Shown: positions 1-6,273 of the stretch, in pieces
How the letters are laid out: each line of letters opens with the position of its first letter
How positions within the stretch are numbered: the first letter of the stretch is position 1
From: Candidatus Wukongarchaeum yapensis
GTDB lineage: Archaea > Asgardarchaeota > Wukongarchaeia > Wukongarchaeales > Wukongarchaeaceae
Length of the DNA stretch: 9,209 nucleotides
NCBI GenBank assembly: GCA_016840425.1
Contig: JAEOSI010000076.1
Location: 1 to 9,209 of the forward strand
Direction of reading: 5' to 3'
The notes under the pieces: model-generated
Told to the model about the DNA's origin: nothing
Databases searched by the model: none
What the model saw: the letters and a program-made list of their open reading frames with translations, nothing else
Translations under genes and position numbers: made by a program

Positions 1-594
1 TTCATACCCAAAATAATAACAATCCCAGACAAACCATTACTTTTCGACAAATGGGAGTGGGAAGGAGTAGAGATAACAGATCAAGGACTTGAAGCATATA
101 TCAGCTTAAAACCCTCTTTTTTACCACATAGCGGTGGAAGACATGAACACAAAAGATTCGCAAAAAGCAAAATGAACATAGTTGAAAGACTCATAAACAG
201 AATAATGAGAACTGAAACAAACACGGGTAAAAAAAGTAAAACAATAAACATAGTACAGTCAACCTTTGAGATAATACATCAAAAAACAAGACAAAACCCC
301 ATACAGATACTTATAAAAGCCATAGAAAACGCAGCTCCAAGAGAAGAAACAACAAGAATATCCTATGGAGGTATAATATATCACCAAGCAGTCGACGTAG
401 CACCCCTAAGAAGAATCGATATCTCAATAGCAAACATAACAGAAGGAGCTATGAAAACTTCTAAAAATTCAGTAAAAAGCATAGAAGAATGCCTCGCAGA
501 CGAACTAATAGCAGCAGCCCAAAATAACGCCCAAAAAAGCCTAGCTATAAAGAAAAAAGAAGAAAAAGAAAGAATAGCACTCTCAGCACGCTAA
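1..594 (+). CDS. rps7: 30S ribosomal protein S7 (uS7), archaeal type; 5' end lies outside the window
   Basis: Frame 1 is open from base 1 (FIPKIITIPDKPLLFDKWEWEGVEITDQGLEAYISLKPSFLPHSGGRHEHKRFAKSK-MNIVERLIN...), so the track ATG at 172 is internal. It has the archaeal/eukaryotic uS7 motifs LFDKW, PHSGGRHEHKRF, IVERLIN, NTGKK, ENAAPREE, AVDVAPLRRID and ECLADELIAAA...KKKEEKERIA. Stop is TAA at 592-594. Confidence 0.97.
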   Translation, partial: FIPKIITIPDKPLLFDKWEWEGVEITDQGLEAYISLKPSFLPHSGGRHEHKRFAKSKMNIVERLINRIMRTETNTGKKSKTINIVQSTFEIIHQKTRQNPIQILIKAIENAAPREETTRISYGGIIYHQAVDVAPLRRIDISIANITEGAMKTSKNSVKSIEECLADELIAAAQNNAQKSLAIKKKEEKERIALSAR

Positions 595-603
595 GCACGC
601 TAA
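585..603 (+). repeat. 9-bp in-frame tandem duplication GCACGCTAA x2 (Ala-Arg-stop twice) at the rps7 3' end
   Basis: Read directly: 586-594 GCACGCTAA and 595-603 GCACGCTAA (equivalently AGCACGCTA x2 from 585). Confidence 0.9.
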
Positions 604-617
604 AAAATAAAGACTTT

Positions 618-1574
618 TTAAGTAGAAGGTATATAACCCTCAGGGAGCTTACTACCAGAACAACGATACAACAAGAAAGCAAAAGCAAAAACCATAGTAA
701 TAACCGTCAAAACAGGCACCCAAAACTCTATCAATCTAATTTTTGACCTAACACTTTTTACATCTTCAACCCCTTTTGCTACAGAACTAGAAACCTCTGA
801 AAAAGTGATTTCTCCAACAACAATAGCATAACCAGGATCCGCAAAATAAGTTACAGTCTTTTCTAAAAAGTTTACAATAAGGCCACTTAAAGGCTCAAGC
901 AAAAAATTTACACTGACATCAACATATACCCCTAAACTATCGGTGCAATCCTTCTGAACATTACCCTGATATTCATATACAGTCAACCCTTCTAACTCTT
1001 TAGCGTCAGTGAAATCCAGCTTAGACGTAATGTTTACATCGTCCACAAAAACGTTTTCTATATCGTTACCTTCGCTTTGATGTGAAGGAAAGAGTAAGGA
1101 ATAACCAGTCCTTGAACGATCAGCAAGAGGACTTTCGACATTATGAGGATTATTCAAATCTCTTTTAACCACATGAGTGGTGTTATCCCACATAGTACAA
1201 TTAATACCAGTATAAGGCGTAGGAGACAAAGTTAGATAGGAAAAAGTCTCATTCCAATACCACTCACTCTTTACGTCTTGCTGCACCACCACAAAATCAT
1301 CATCGCTTTCTGTTACATAGACATGACGTTCAAACTCTGCAGGACCAGAAGCAAAGAACCACGTGGAAACATCAGAAGCGTTTGCAAAAGGGTGTTCACG
1401 AATTAGAAGGTTAATATTACCCTCATATTCGCGTTCAATGTCTACTTTTGCAAGCATTTTGTTTTCTAAATTATCGACAACACCATATTTCCAAAGCGGA
1501 AGAAAAATCCCCAGAGAAATTAAAGCAAACAAAAGTAAGAGGTTAAGCTTGTCTCTTTTAAACTTAAAAACCAT
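618..1574 (-). CDS. Membrane-anchored surface protein, DUF3068/'PorA' family-like (possible CD36/SR-B superfamily relative)
   Basis: 318 aa. It has an N-terminal hydrophobic segment (LLLLFALISLGIFLPLW), a C-terminal one (FWVPVLTVITMVFAFAFLLY) and a beta-rich acidic domain between them. The motifs RTGYSLLFP, EGLTVYEY, LEPLSGLIVN and SVAKGVEDVKSVRSKIRLI fit the DUF3068 pattern from memory. There are five N-x-S/T sequons (NAS, NET, NCT, NTT, NIT). An SD-like GAGGGTGA lies 6 nt before the ATG. Confidence 0.75.
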   Translation of the reverse strand: MVFKFKRDKLNLLLLFALISLGIFLPLWKYGVVDNLENKMLAKVDIEREYEGNINLLIREHPFANASDVSTWFFASGPAEFERHVYVTESDDDFVVVQQDVKSEWYWNETFSYLTLSPTPYTGINCTMWDNTTHVVKRDLNNPHNVESPLADRSRTGYSLLFPSHQSEGNDIENVFVDDVNITSKLDFTDAKELEGLTVYEYQGNVQKDCTDSLGVYVDVSVNFLLEPLSGLIVNFLEKTVTYFADPGYAIVVGEITFSEVSSSVAKGVEDVKSVRSKIRLIEFWVPVLTVITMVFAFAFLLYRCSGSKLPEGYIPST

Positions 1575-1580
1575 TCATGT

Positions 1581-1588
1581 TCACCCTC
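1581..1588 (-). promoter_or_regulatory. Shine-Dalgarno GAGGGTGA of the DUF3068-like gene
   Basis: Reverse complement of tcaccctc, with a 6-nt spacer to the ATG at 1574. Confidence 0.75.
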
Positions 1589-1593
1589 ATTTT

Positions 1594-1784
1594 TATCCTT
1601 GTTCTACTATCTATGACGAAGAAAATCTTTTAAGCACCCTTAAAATTCACCACGAAAAAAAGAAAATCAGCTCTAAAGAGTAGAAGATATGAAAGAATTA
1701 AAAAGATTAGTTTCACAATACGGTGAAATTCAAAAACTTCAAAGGAAACTTGGATTAAAAATTAATACTCTATCCCCTTTCTAG
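1594..1784 (+). pseudogene. Possible frameshifted gene relic or 31-aa small ORF (1689-1784), unassigned
   Basis: Frame 1 reads ...IYDEENLLSTLKIHHEKKKISSKE* (TAG 1681-1683). Frame 3 continues VEDMKELKRLVSQYGEIQKLQRKLGLKINTLSPF*. Restoring one G in gagtagaa (to gag gta gaa) joins them into one protein-like amphipathic helical peptide. I recognise no family. Confidence 0.3.
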
Positions 1785-2313
1785 CTTCAATACCCTTACC
1801 AAAGGGATGCTTAACCTCCACCATAAACGTGACTAAATCTGCCCTATCAATAAACTCTGGAGGAGCACGACGCCCGACTAAAACAACAGTTGTTTCTTCG
1901 GGAATATTCTCTAAGAGGTTCAGCACTTCATCAATTTTTATAAGCCCAACAGCTACAGCAAGGTTTATCTCGTCTAAAATCAACAAATAAGGTTTACGGT
2001 TTAAAGCTTCTTTAGCAAAAGCTAAACCTTTCTTAGCTAACTCAAAATCTACAGGTTCAGGTTTTTCTAAATTGACAAAATCTTCGCGACCAAACTGATG
2101 CAATTCAAATTCAGGACTTAAACGTCCTCTTATTTTATATTCACCAATAAAAGTTCGCCCTTTCATAAACTGAACCAGTATAACTTTATATCCATGACCA
2201 AGAGCCCTTAAAGCAAGACCAAGGGCGGCAAGAGTCTTACCTTGACCACATCCTGTATAAAGGATTATAGAAGTTTTCTTACCTTTATCTTTTCCAACTT
2301 TTTTTTGACTCAT
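1762..2313 (-). CDS. cobA: ATP:cob(I)alamin adenosyltransferase, CobA/CobO/BtuR type, with divergent motifs
   Basis: 183 aa from the ATG at 2313 (MSQKK...). The track's extra 31 N-terminal residues overlap nrdJ and are unlikely to be real. Motifs: ILYTGxGxGKT.AALGLALRA.GHG, VILVQFMKG, LLILDEIN.A, GR.AP, ADLVT.M...KHPF..GI.A.KGIEY. Confidence 0.92.
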   Translation of the reverse strand: MSQKKVGKDKGKKTSIILYTGCGQGKTLAALGLALRALGHGYKVILVQFMKGRTFIGEYKIRGRLSPEFELHQFGREDFVNLEKPEPVDFELAKKGLAFAKEALNRKPYLLILDEINLAVAVGLIKIDEVLNLLENIPEETTVVLVGRRAPPEFIDRADLVTFMVEVKHPFGKGIEARKGIEY

Positions 2314-2330
2314 ACAAAACACAACATGAT

Positions 2331-2338
2331 CTTTTAAA
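2331..2338 (-). promoter_or_regulatory. Possible TATA box (TTTAAAAG) for a leaderless cobA transcript
   Basis: It lies in the 43-nt nrdJ-cobA gap, about 18-25 nt upstream of the ATG at 2313. There is no SD, and a T-rich run (TTTTTCTTCTTT) follows the nrdJ stop. Confidence 0.35.
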
Positions 2339-2356
2339 CAATAAAGAAGAAAAATT

Positions 2357-4462
2357 CTAATATATGCATTCGCCTGTAGGACACCCTCCAGAGTATTCTT
2401 CACCAACGCTTACATATTCTAAGGTTTTTCCTTCCTTTTTACCCCCTATAGTAAGTACTTGTTCTTTCTTGCTCCCATAACGATAAACTGTAATCCCTTT
2501 ACATTTTAATTTATAAGCTAAGAGATATGCTTTTTTAACATCTTCAAAAATGGCATCATGAGGGAGATTTATAGTTTTTGATACCGCATTGTCGACATAT
2601 TTTTGAAAAGAAGCTTGCATTTTTATATGCCACTCTGGAGCAATATCTAATGAAGTAACAAAAAGCCTACGTACATCTGGAGGGATCTCTTCCATATCTT
2701 GAACAGAGCCTTTTTTTGCGATTTTAGTCATTAATTCTGAACTGTAAAAACCACGTTCTTTCGCTATTTTTTCAAAAAAAGGATTAACTTCAACCAATCT
2801 ACTTCCACCCAAAACATTACGAACAAAAGAAACAGAAAACAAAGGTTCAATACCACTCGAACAACCAGCAATTATGCTTATAGTGCCCGTTGGAGCAATA
2901 GTTGTCAAGGTGGAATTTCTAATTTTATCAAAACCTTGTTTATCCCAAATACTACCCTTAAAATTTTGAAAGGAATCCCGTACCTCAGCAATTTCCACAG
3001 ACATTTTAACAGCTTCATCCTCTATGAAACTCATAATTTTTTCAGCAAGTTTAAGGGCTTCTTCAGAATCGTAAGGAATGCCCAGTTGAATGAGCATATC
3101 AGCAAAACCCATAATACCAAGACCGATCTTTCGATTAGCTTTAACCATTTCCTTAATTTCAGACAAAGGAAATTTACTGGCATCAATTACGTTATCCAAA
3201 AAATGTACAGCTTTTCGAACAGTTTTCCTGAGATTTTCCCAATCGATAGCGTTTTCGCCCTTTTTTATCATTTTAGACAGATTAATCGAACCTAAATTAC
3301 ACGCTTCATAAAAGAGAAGGGGAACCTCACCGCAGGGATTAGTACTTTCTATCACCCCTACATTAGGGGTGGGATTATGCCGGTTTATCTCATCTATAAA
3401 AACAAGTCCAGGATCACCACTACTCCACGCACTATTAATAATTAAATCGAAAACATTTCGTGCACGAACTTTAGTAGTTTGTTTATTAGTCCGAGGGTTA
3501 ATAAAGTAATACTCTTCGTCATTTTCAACAGCGCGCATAAAAGCGTCAGTAACTGCTACAGAAATGTTAAAATTTTCCAAAAATCCTTCTTTTTGTTTTG
3601 AAGTGATAAATTCCAGTATATCAGGGTGGTCATACCTTAAAATACCCATGTTAGCTCCCCTACGTTTACCTCCTTGCTTTATCACATCTGTAGTCACATT
3701 GTAAATACGCATAAAAGAAACAGGTCCAGAAGCAACACCCATAGTAGATTTTACTAAATCTCCCCGTGGTCTAAGATTTGAAAAGGAAAATCCAGTACCA
3801 CCACCGGATTGGTGAATAAGCGCCATATGTTTCAAAGTTTCAAAGATACTTTCAAGGGAGTCAAATACAGGCAATACAAAACACGCAGCCAATTGACTAA
3901 GATCAGTACCAGCGTTCATTAAAGTGGGAGAATTAGGGACAAACTCTAAATTTGCCATCATTTCATAGAACTTTTCTTCAAGATCGTCGACATTAACTTC
4001 TTTATCATAAATTAAATCGATTGAGGCTATCGCCTTCGCAACTCTTCTAAACATTTGAGCAGGAGTTTCAACCACATGCCCCTTTTCATCCTTTAAAAGA
4101 TAACGTTTTTCAAGCACTCTAATTGCATTAAGAGTTAACTTTAAATCATCTCTAACCCCGAAAAATGTTTTAGCCTCCCTTAATTCTGTGCGCTTTTGAC
4201 GATACAAAATATATGCTTTAGCCACTCTAGTAAAATCTTCGTTTATTAGAACATCTTCGACAATATCTTGCACATTTTCAACGCTTGGAGTGTCTTCGAC
4301 AAATCGCTCTTTAACAATTTTAACAACCTTATTAGCCAGAGATTTTGCAACCTCAGAATCCCTCTCCCCAACGGCAACGATAGCCTTATGAATAGCATTA
4401 ACAATTTTTTCAGAATCAAAATTTACGATACGTCCATCCCTTTTACGAATTTTAGAAATCAT
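2357..4462 (-). CDS. nrdJ: Class II (adenosylcobalamin-dependent) ribonucleotide reductase with N-terminal ATP-cone
   Basis: 701 aa from the ATG at 4462, with SD AGGGGTG 7 nt upstream; the TTG at 4468 is too close to the SD. ATP-cone: IRKRDGRIVNFDSEKIVNAI...VAKAYILYR. Catalytic core: PNSPTLMNAG, QLAACFV, GGGTG, QGGKRRGANM, GDPG, TNPCGE...ACNLGSINL, RKIGLGIMG, TIAPTGTIS, SSGIEP, VSKTIN, KGITVYR. C-terminal Cys pair CPTGEC. There is no class Ia YY dyad and no nrdB in the window, and the neighbouring gene is a B12 adenosyltransferase. Confidence 0.93.
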   Translation of the reverse strand: MISKIRKRDGRIVNFDSEKIVNAIHKAIVAVGERDSEVAKSLANKVVKIVKERFVEDTPSVENVQDIVEDVLINEDFTRVAKAYILYRQKRTELREAKTFFGVRDDLKLTLNAIRVLEKRYLLKDEKGHVVETPAQMFRRVAKAIASIDLIYDKEVNVDDLEEKFYEMMANLEFVPNSPTLMNAGTDLSQLAACFVLPVFDSLESIFETLKHMALIHQSGGGTGFSFSNLRPRGDLVKSTMGVASGPVSFMRIYNVTTDVIKQGGKRRGANMGILRYDHPDILEFITSKQKEGFLENFNISVAVTDAFMRAVENDEEYYFINPRTNKQTTKVRARNVFDLIINSAWSSGDPGLVFIDEINRHNPTPNVGVIESTNPCGEVPLLFYEACNLGSINLSKMIKKGENAIDWENLRKTVRKAVHFLDNVIDASKFPLSEIKEMVKANRKIGLGIMGFADMLIQLGIPYDSEEALKLAEKIMSFIEDEAVKMSVEIAEVRDSFQNFKGSIWDKQGFDKIRNSTLTTIAPTGTISIIAGCSSGIEPLFSVSFVRNVLGGSRLVEVNPFFEKIAKERGFYSSELMTKIAKKGSVQDMEEIPPDVRRLFVTSLDIAPEWHIKMQASFQKYVDNAVSKTINLPHDAIFEDVKKAYLLAYKLKCKGITVYRYGSKKEQVLTIGGKKEGKTLEYVSVGEEYSGGCPTGECIY

Positions 4463-4469
4463 AAACAAG

Positions 4470-4476
4470 CACCCCT
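4470..4476 (-). promoter_or_regulatory. Shine-Dalgarno AGGGGTG of nrdJ
   Basis: Reverse complement of cacccct, with a 7-nt spacer to the ATG at 4462. Confidence 0.75.
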
Positions 4477-4496
4477 AGCAAAAACAAAAAAACTAA

Positions 4497-4515
4497 AATC
4501 CCTTAATAAGGGATT
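4497..4515. promoter_or_regulatory. 19-bp palindrome AATCCCTTA-A-TAAGGGATT, candidate transcription-factor operator
   Basis: Perfect 9-bp arms with a 1-nt centre, in the nrdJ/ALDH divergent intergenic region. Confidence 0.6.
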
Positions 4516-4533
4516 CGGATCAAAAAAACACAG

Positions 4534-4541
4534 TTTATAAA
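4534..4541. promoter_or_regulatory. Self-complementary TATA box TTTATAAA, potentially serving both nrdJ and the ALDH gene
   Basis: It matches the archaeal TTTAWA[A/T] consensus on both strands and sits in the 126-bp divergent gap, upstream of both SD-led starts. Confidence 0.55.
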
Positions 4542-4588
4542 ATAGTAGAAACCTATAAAAAACCACAAAAAAGTAGGGGATTTAAAAA

Positions 4589-6076
4589 ATGAATGAATCT
4601 AAAACTTATAAAAACTATATTGGAGGGAAATGGGTTGAAAGCGCCACAGGGACAACTTTTAACTCAATAAACCCAGCAAACAAAGAGGAAATATTGGTAA
4701 AACTTCAAAAAAGTGATGAAAAAGATGGCGATATGGCAGTAGATGCAGCCGAAGACGCCTTCGAAAAATGGTCGTCAATGCCAGCCCCAAAAAGGGGAGA
4801 AATCTTATTCAAAGCTGCAAGGATCTTAGAAGAACAAAAAGAAGAACTTGCAAAAACAATGACCAAAGAGATGGGTAAAATTTTGATAGAAACAAGGGGA
4901 GATGTCCAAGAAGCTATAGACATAATCAAACTGATGGCAGGGGAAGGTAGAAGACTTTACGGGCATACAACCCCAAGTGAACTGCCAAACAAGTTCTGTA
5001 TGACCATTAACTTACCAGTAGGGATCGTAGCCCTAATAACACCTTGGAACTTCCCTATGGCAATACCAGCATGGAAAATCGCCCCAGCCCTCATCGCGGG
5101 CAACACCATAGTTTTTAAACCTGCAAGTGATACACCTCTCTGTGCTATTAAACTCGTAGAAATTTTTGAAAAAGCAGGAATTCCAAAAGGGGTTTTAAAC
5201 ATAGTAACAGGTTCAGGAACTAGCGTAGGAATGCCCCTAGTAAAACACAAAAAAATACGGGGTATAAGTTTTACAGGCAGTGTAGAAACAGGTCAAATAA
5301 TTACAAAAGAAGCTGGACTAAAAAGGGTAGGACTAGAACTAGGGGGTAAGAACGTAATCATAGTAATGGATGATGCAAACATAGATCTGGCAGTAGATGG
5401 TGCGATATGGGGGGGATTTGGAACTACAGGCCAAAGATGCACAGCAGCAAGCCGCGTAGTAGTACATGAAAAAGTAGGAGATAAATTTACAGAAAAATTC
5501 GTAGAAAGAGCAAAAAAACTAAAAGTAGGAGATGGTCTAGACCCTGAAACCGAAATGGGGCCAGCAATAAACGAATCACAACTTAAAAAGATTCATAAAT
5601 ACACAGAAATAGGAAAAGAAGAAGGAGCCACATTATTAACTGGCGGAAAAATACTCACCGAAGGAAAATTCACCCAAGGATTTTTCTACGAACCAACAAT
5701 TTTCAGCGACGTAACAAAAGACATGACAATAGCACAAGACGAGATCTTTGGGCCAACAGTAGCAATAATGGCCGCAGAAAACTTAGAAGAAGCAATACAC
5801 ATAGCAAACTCTGTAGAATACGGCTTATCCTCATCAATATATACAGAAAGCATAAATAACGCATTCAAAGCAATAGAAAAAATCGAAGCAGGATTAACCT
5901 ACGTAAACTCATCTACAATAGGATCAGAAGTTCACCTACCTTTTGGAGGAGTAAAAAACACCGGAAATGGAACAAGAGAAGGAGGAATAAAAGGAATTGA
6001 AGAGTTCGTCGAAACAAAAACAGCATACATTGACTACAGTGGGCGCCTTCAAAGAGCACAAATCGATATAGAATAA
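4589..6076 (+). CDS. NAD(P)+-dependent aldehyde dehydrogenase (AldH / alpha-ketoglutarate-semialdehyde-dehydrogenase-like subgroup); substrate unknown
   Basis: 495 aa. Motifs: ITPWNFP (oxyanion Asn), FKPASDTP, FTGS, LELGGKN (catalytic Glu), GQRCTA (catalytic Cys), EIFGP, HLPFGGVK and the C-terminal YIDYSGRLQRAQID. An SD-like AGGGGA at 4575-4580 lies 8 nt before the ATG. Confidence 0.96.
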   Translation: MNESKTYKNYIGGKWVESATGTTFNSINPANKEEILVKLQKSDEKDGDMAVDAAEDAFEKWSSMPAPKRGEILFKAARILEEQKEELAKTMTKEMGKILIETRGDVQEAIDIIKLMAGEGRRLYGHTTPSELPNKFCMTINLPVGIVALITPWNFPMAIPAWKIAPALIAGNTIVFKPASDTPLCAIKLVEIFEKAGIPKGVLNIVTGSGTSVGMPLVKHKKIRGISFTGSVETGQIITKEAGLKRVGLELGGKNVIIVMDDANIDLAVDGAIWGGFGTTGQRCTAASRVVVHEKVGDKFTEKFVERAKKLKVGDGLDPETEMGPAINESQLKKIHKYTEIGKEEGATLLTGGKILTEGKFTQGFFYEPTIFSDVTKDMTIAQDEIFGPTVAIMAAENLEEAIHIANSVEYGLSSSIYTESINNAFKAIEKIEAGLTYVNSSTIGSEVHLPFGGVKNTGNGTREGGIKGIEEFVETKTAYIDYSGRLQRAQIDIE

Positions 6077-6096
6077 GAAAATACAGAAGAAAAAAC

Positions 6097-6252
6097 AAAA
6101 TAACAGAAGAACTAATGAAAATAGAATAAATAACAGAAAGCCTAGGACAAGCCACAATAACCGAACCGAAAATCGAAATATTAAAACCAGGAAGCCCCAA
6201 AACAGTACACAAATCCAAATCCATCATAGACGCACGAAAAACCTACGAATAA
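6097..6252 (+). pseudogene. Relic 3' end of a phenylacetate-CoA ligase (PaaK)-like adenylate-forming enzyme
   Basis: Frame 1 reads KITEELMKIE*ITESLGQATITEPKIEILKPGSPKTVHKSKSIIDARKTYE**, with an internal TAA at 6127-6129 and terminal TAA TAA at 6250-6255. This resembles the PaaK C-terminal pattern (..I.E.L...LG...KVELVEPGSLPR..GKAKRVID.RK). Codon style (ATA/ACA/GAA) matches the adjacent + strand genes. No intact 5' part is present. Confidence 0.55.
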
Positions 6253-6273
6253 TAAATAAAAAAAAACAAAAAA
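6253..6273 (-). terminator. Oligo-T tract downstream of the PRT stop, probable archaeal intrinsic terminator
   Basis: The minus strand reads TAG TTTTTTGTTTTTTTTTATTTATTA directly after the stop at 6274. Confidence 0.55.

Noticed and set aside
618-665. Cytoplasmic tail RCSGSKLPEGYIPST as a eukaryote-like sorting, PDZ-binding or palmitoylation signal
   Set aside because: GYIPS lacks the bulky hydrophobic residue of YxxPhi, the terminus is not a PDZ consensus, and such short motifs arise by chance.
1363-1683. 106-aa + strand ORF from the track
   Set aside because: Most of it is antisense to the DUF3068-like gene. Only the last 30 or so codons look protein-like, and these are treated separately as a possible relic.
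2314-2406. 31-aa N-terminal extension of CobA in the ORF track
   Set aside because: It overlaps the nrdJ 3' end and has no family similarity. The ATG at 2313 gives a normal-length protein.
2357-4462. Intein in nrdJ (a frequent archaeal intein host)
   Set aside because: The conserved segments (GGGTG, TNPCGE, TIAPTG) are contiguous, the length is normal, and there are no splicing or LAGLIDADG motifs.
2936-4540. + strand ORFs 2936-3295, 3090-3311 and 4268-4540
   Set aside because: These are antisense shadows of nrdJ with no motifs.
4463-4588. Cobalamin riboswitch or bacterial NrdR boxes upstream of nrdJ
   Set aside because: The region is only 126 bp, is A-rich, and lacks the conserved B12-element core and NrdR-box pattern.
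4705-5868. - strand ORFs 4705-4929, 4957-5250 and 5686-5868
   Set aside because: These are antisense shadows of the ALDH gene.
6098-6138. 11-bp direct repeat AAATAACAGAA at 6098-6108 and 6128-6138
   Set aside because: It is low-complexity A-rich sequence within the relic reading frame and occurs only twice. It is not a CRISPR array or an element end.
5913-6227. Hydrophobic - strand ORFs 5913-6227 and 5936-6157 that look like small membrane proteins
   Set aside because: Their Phe/Leu/Ile richness follows from the T-rich complement of A-rich DNA. They overlap the ALDH gene, lie beyond the PRT terminator, and the + strand PaaK-like reading explains the region better.
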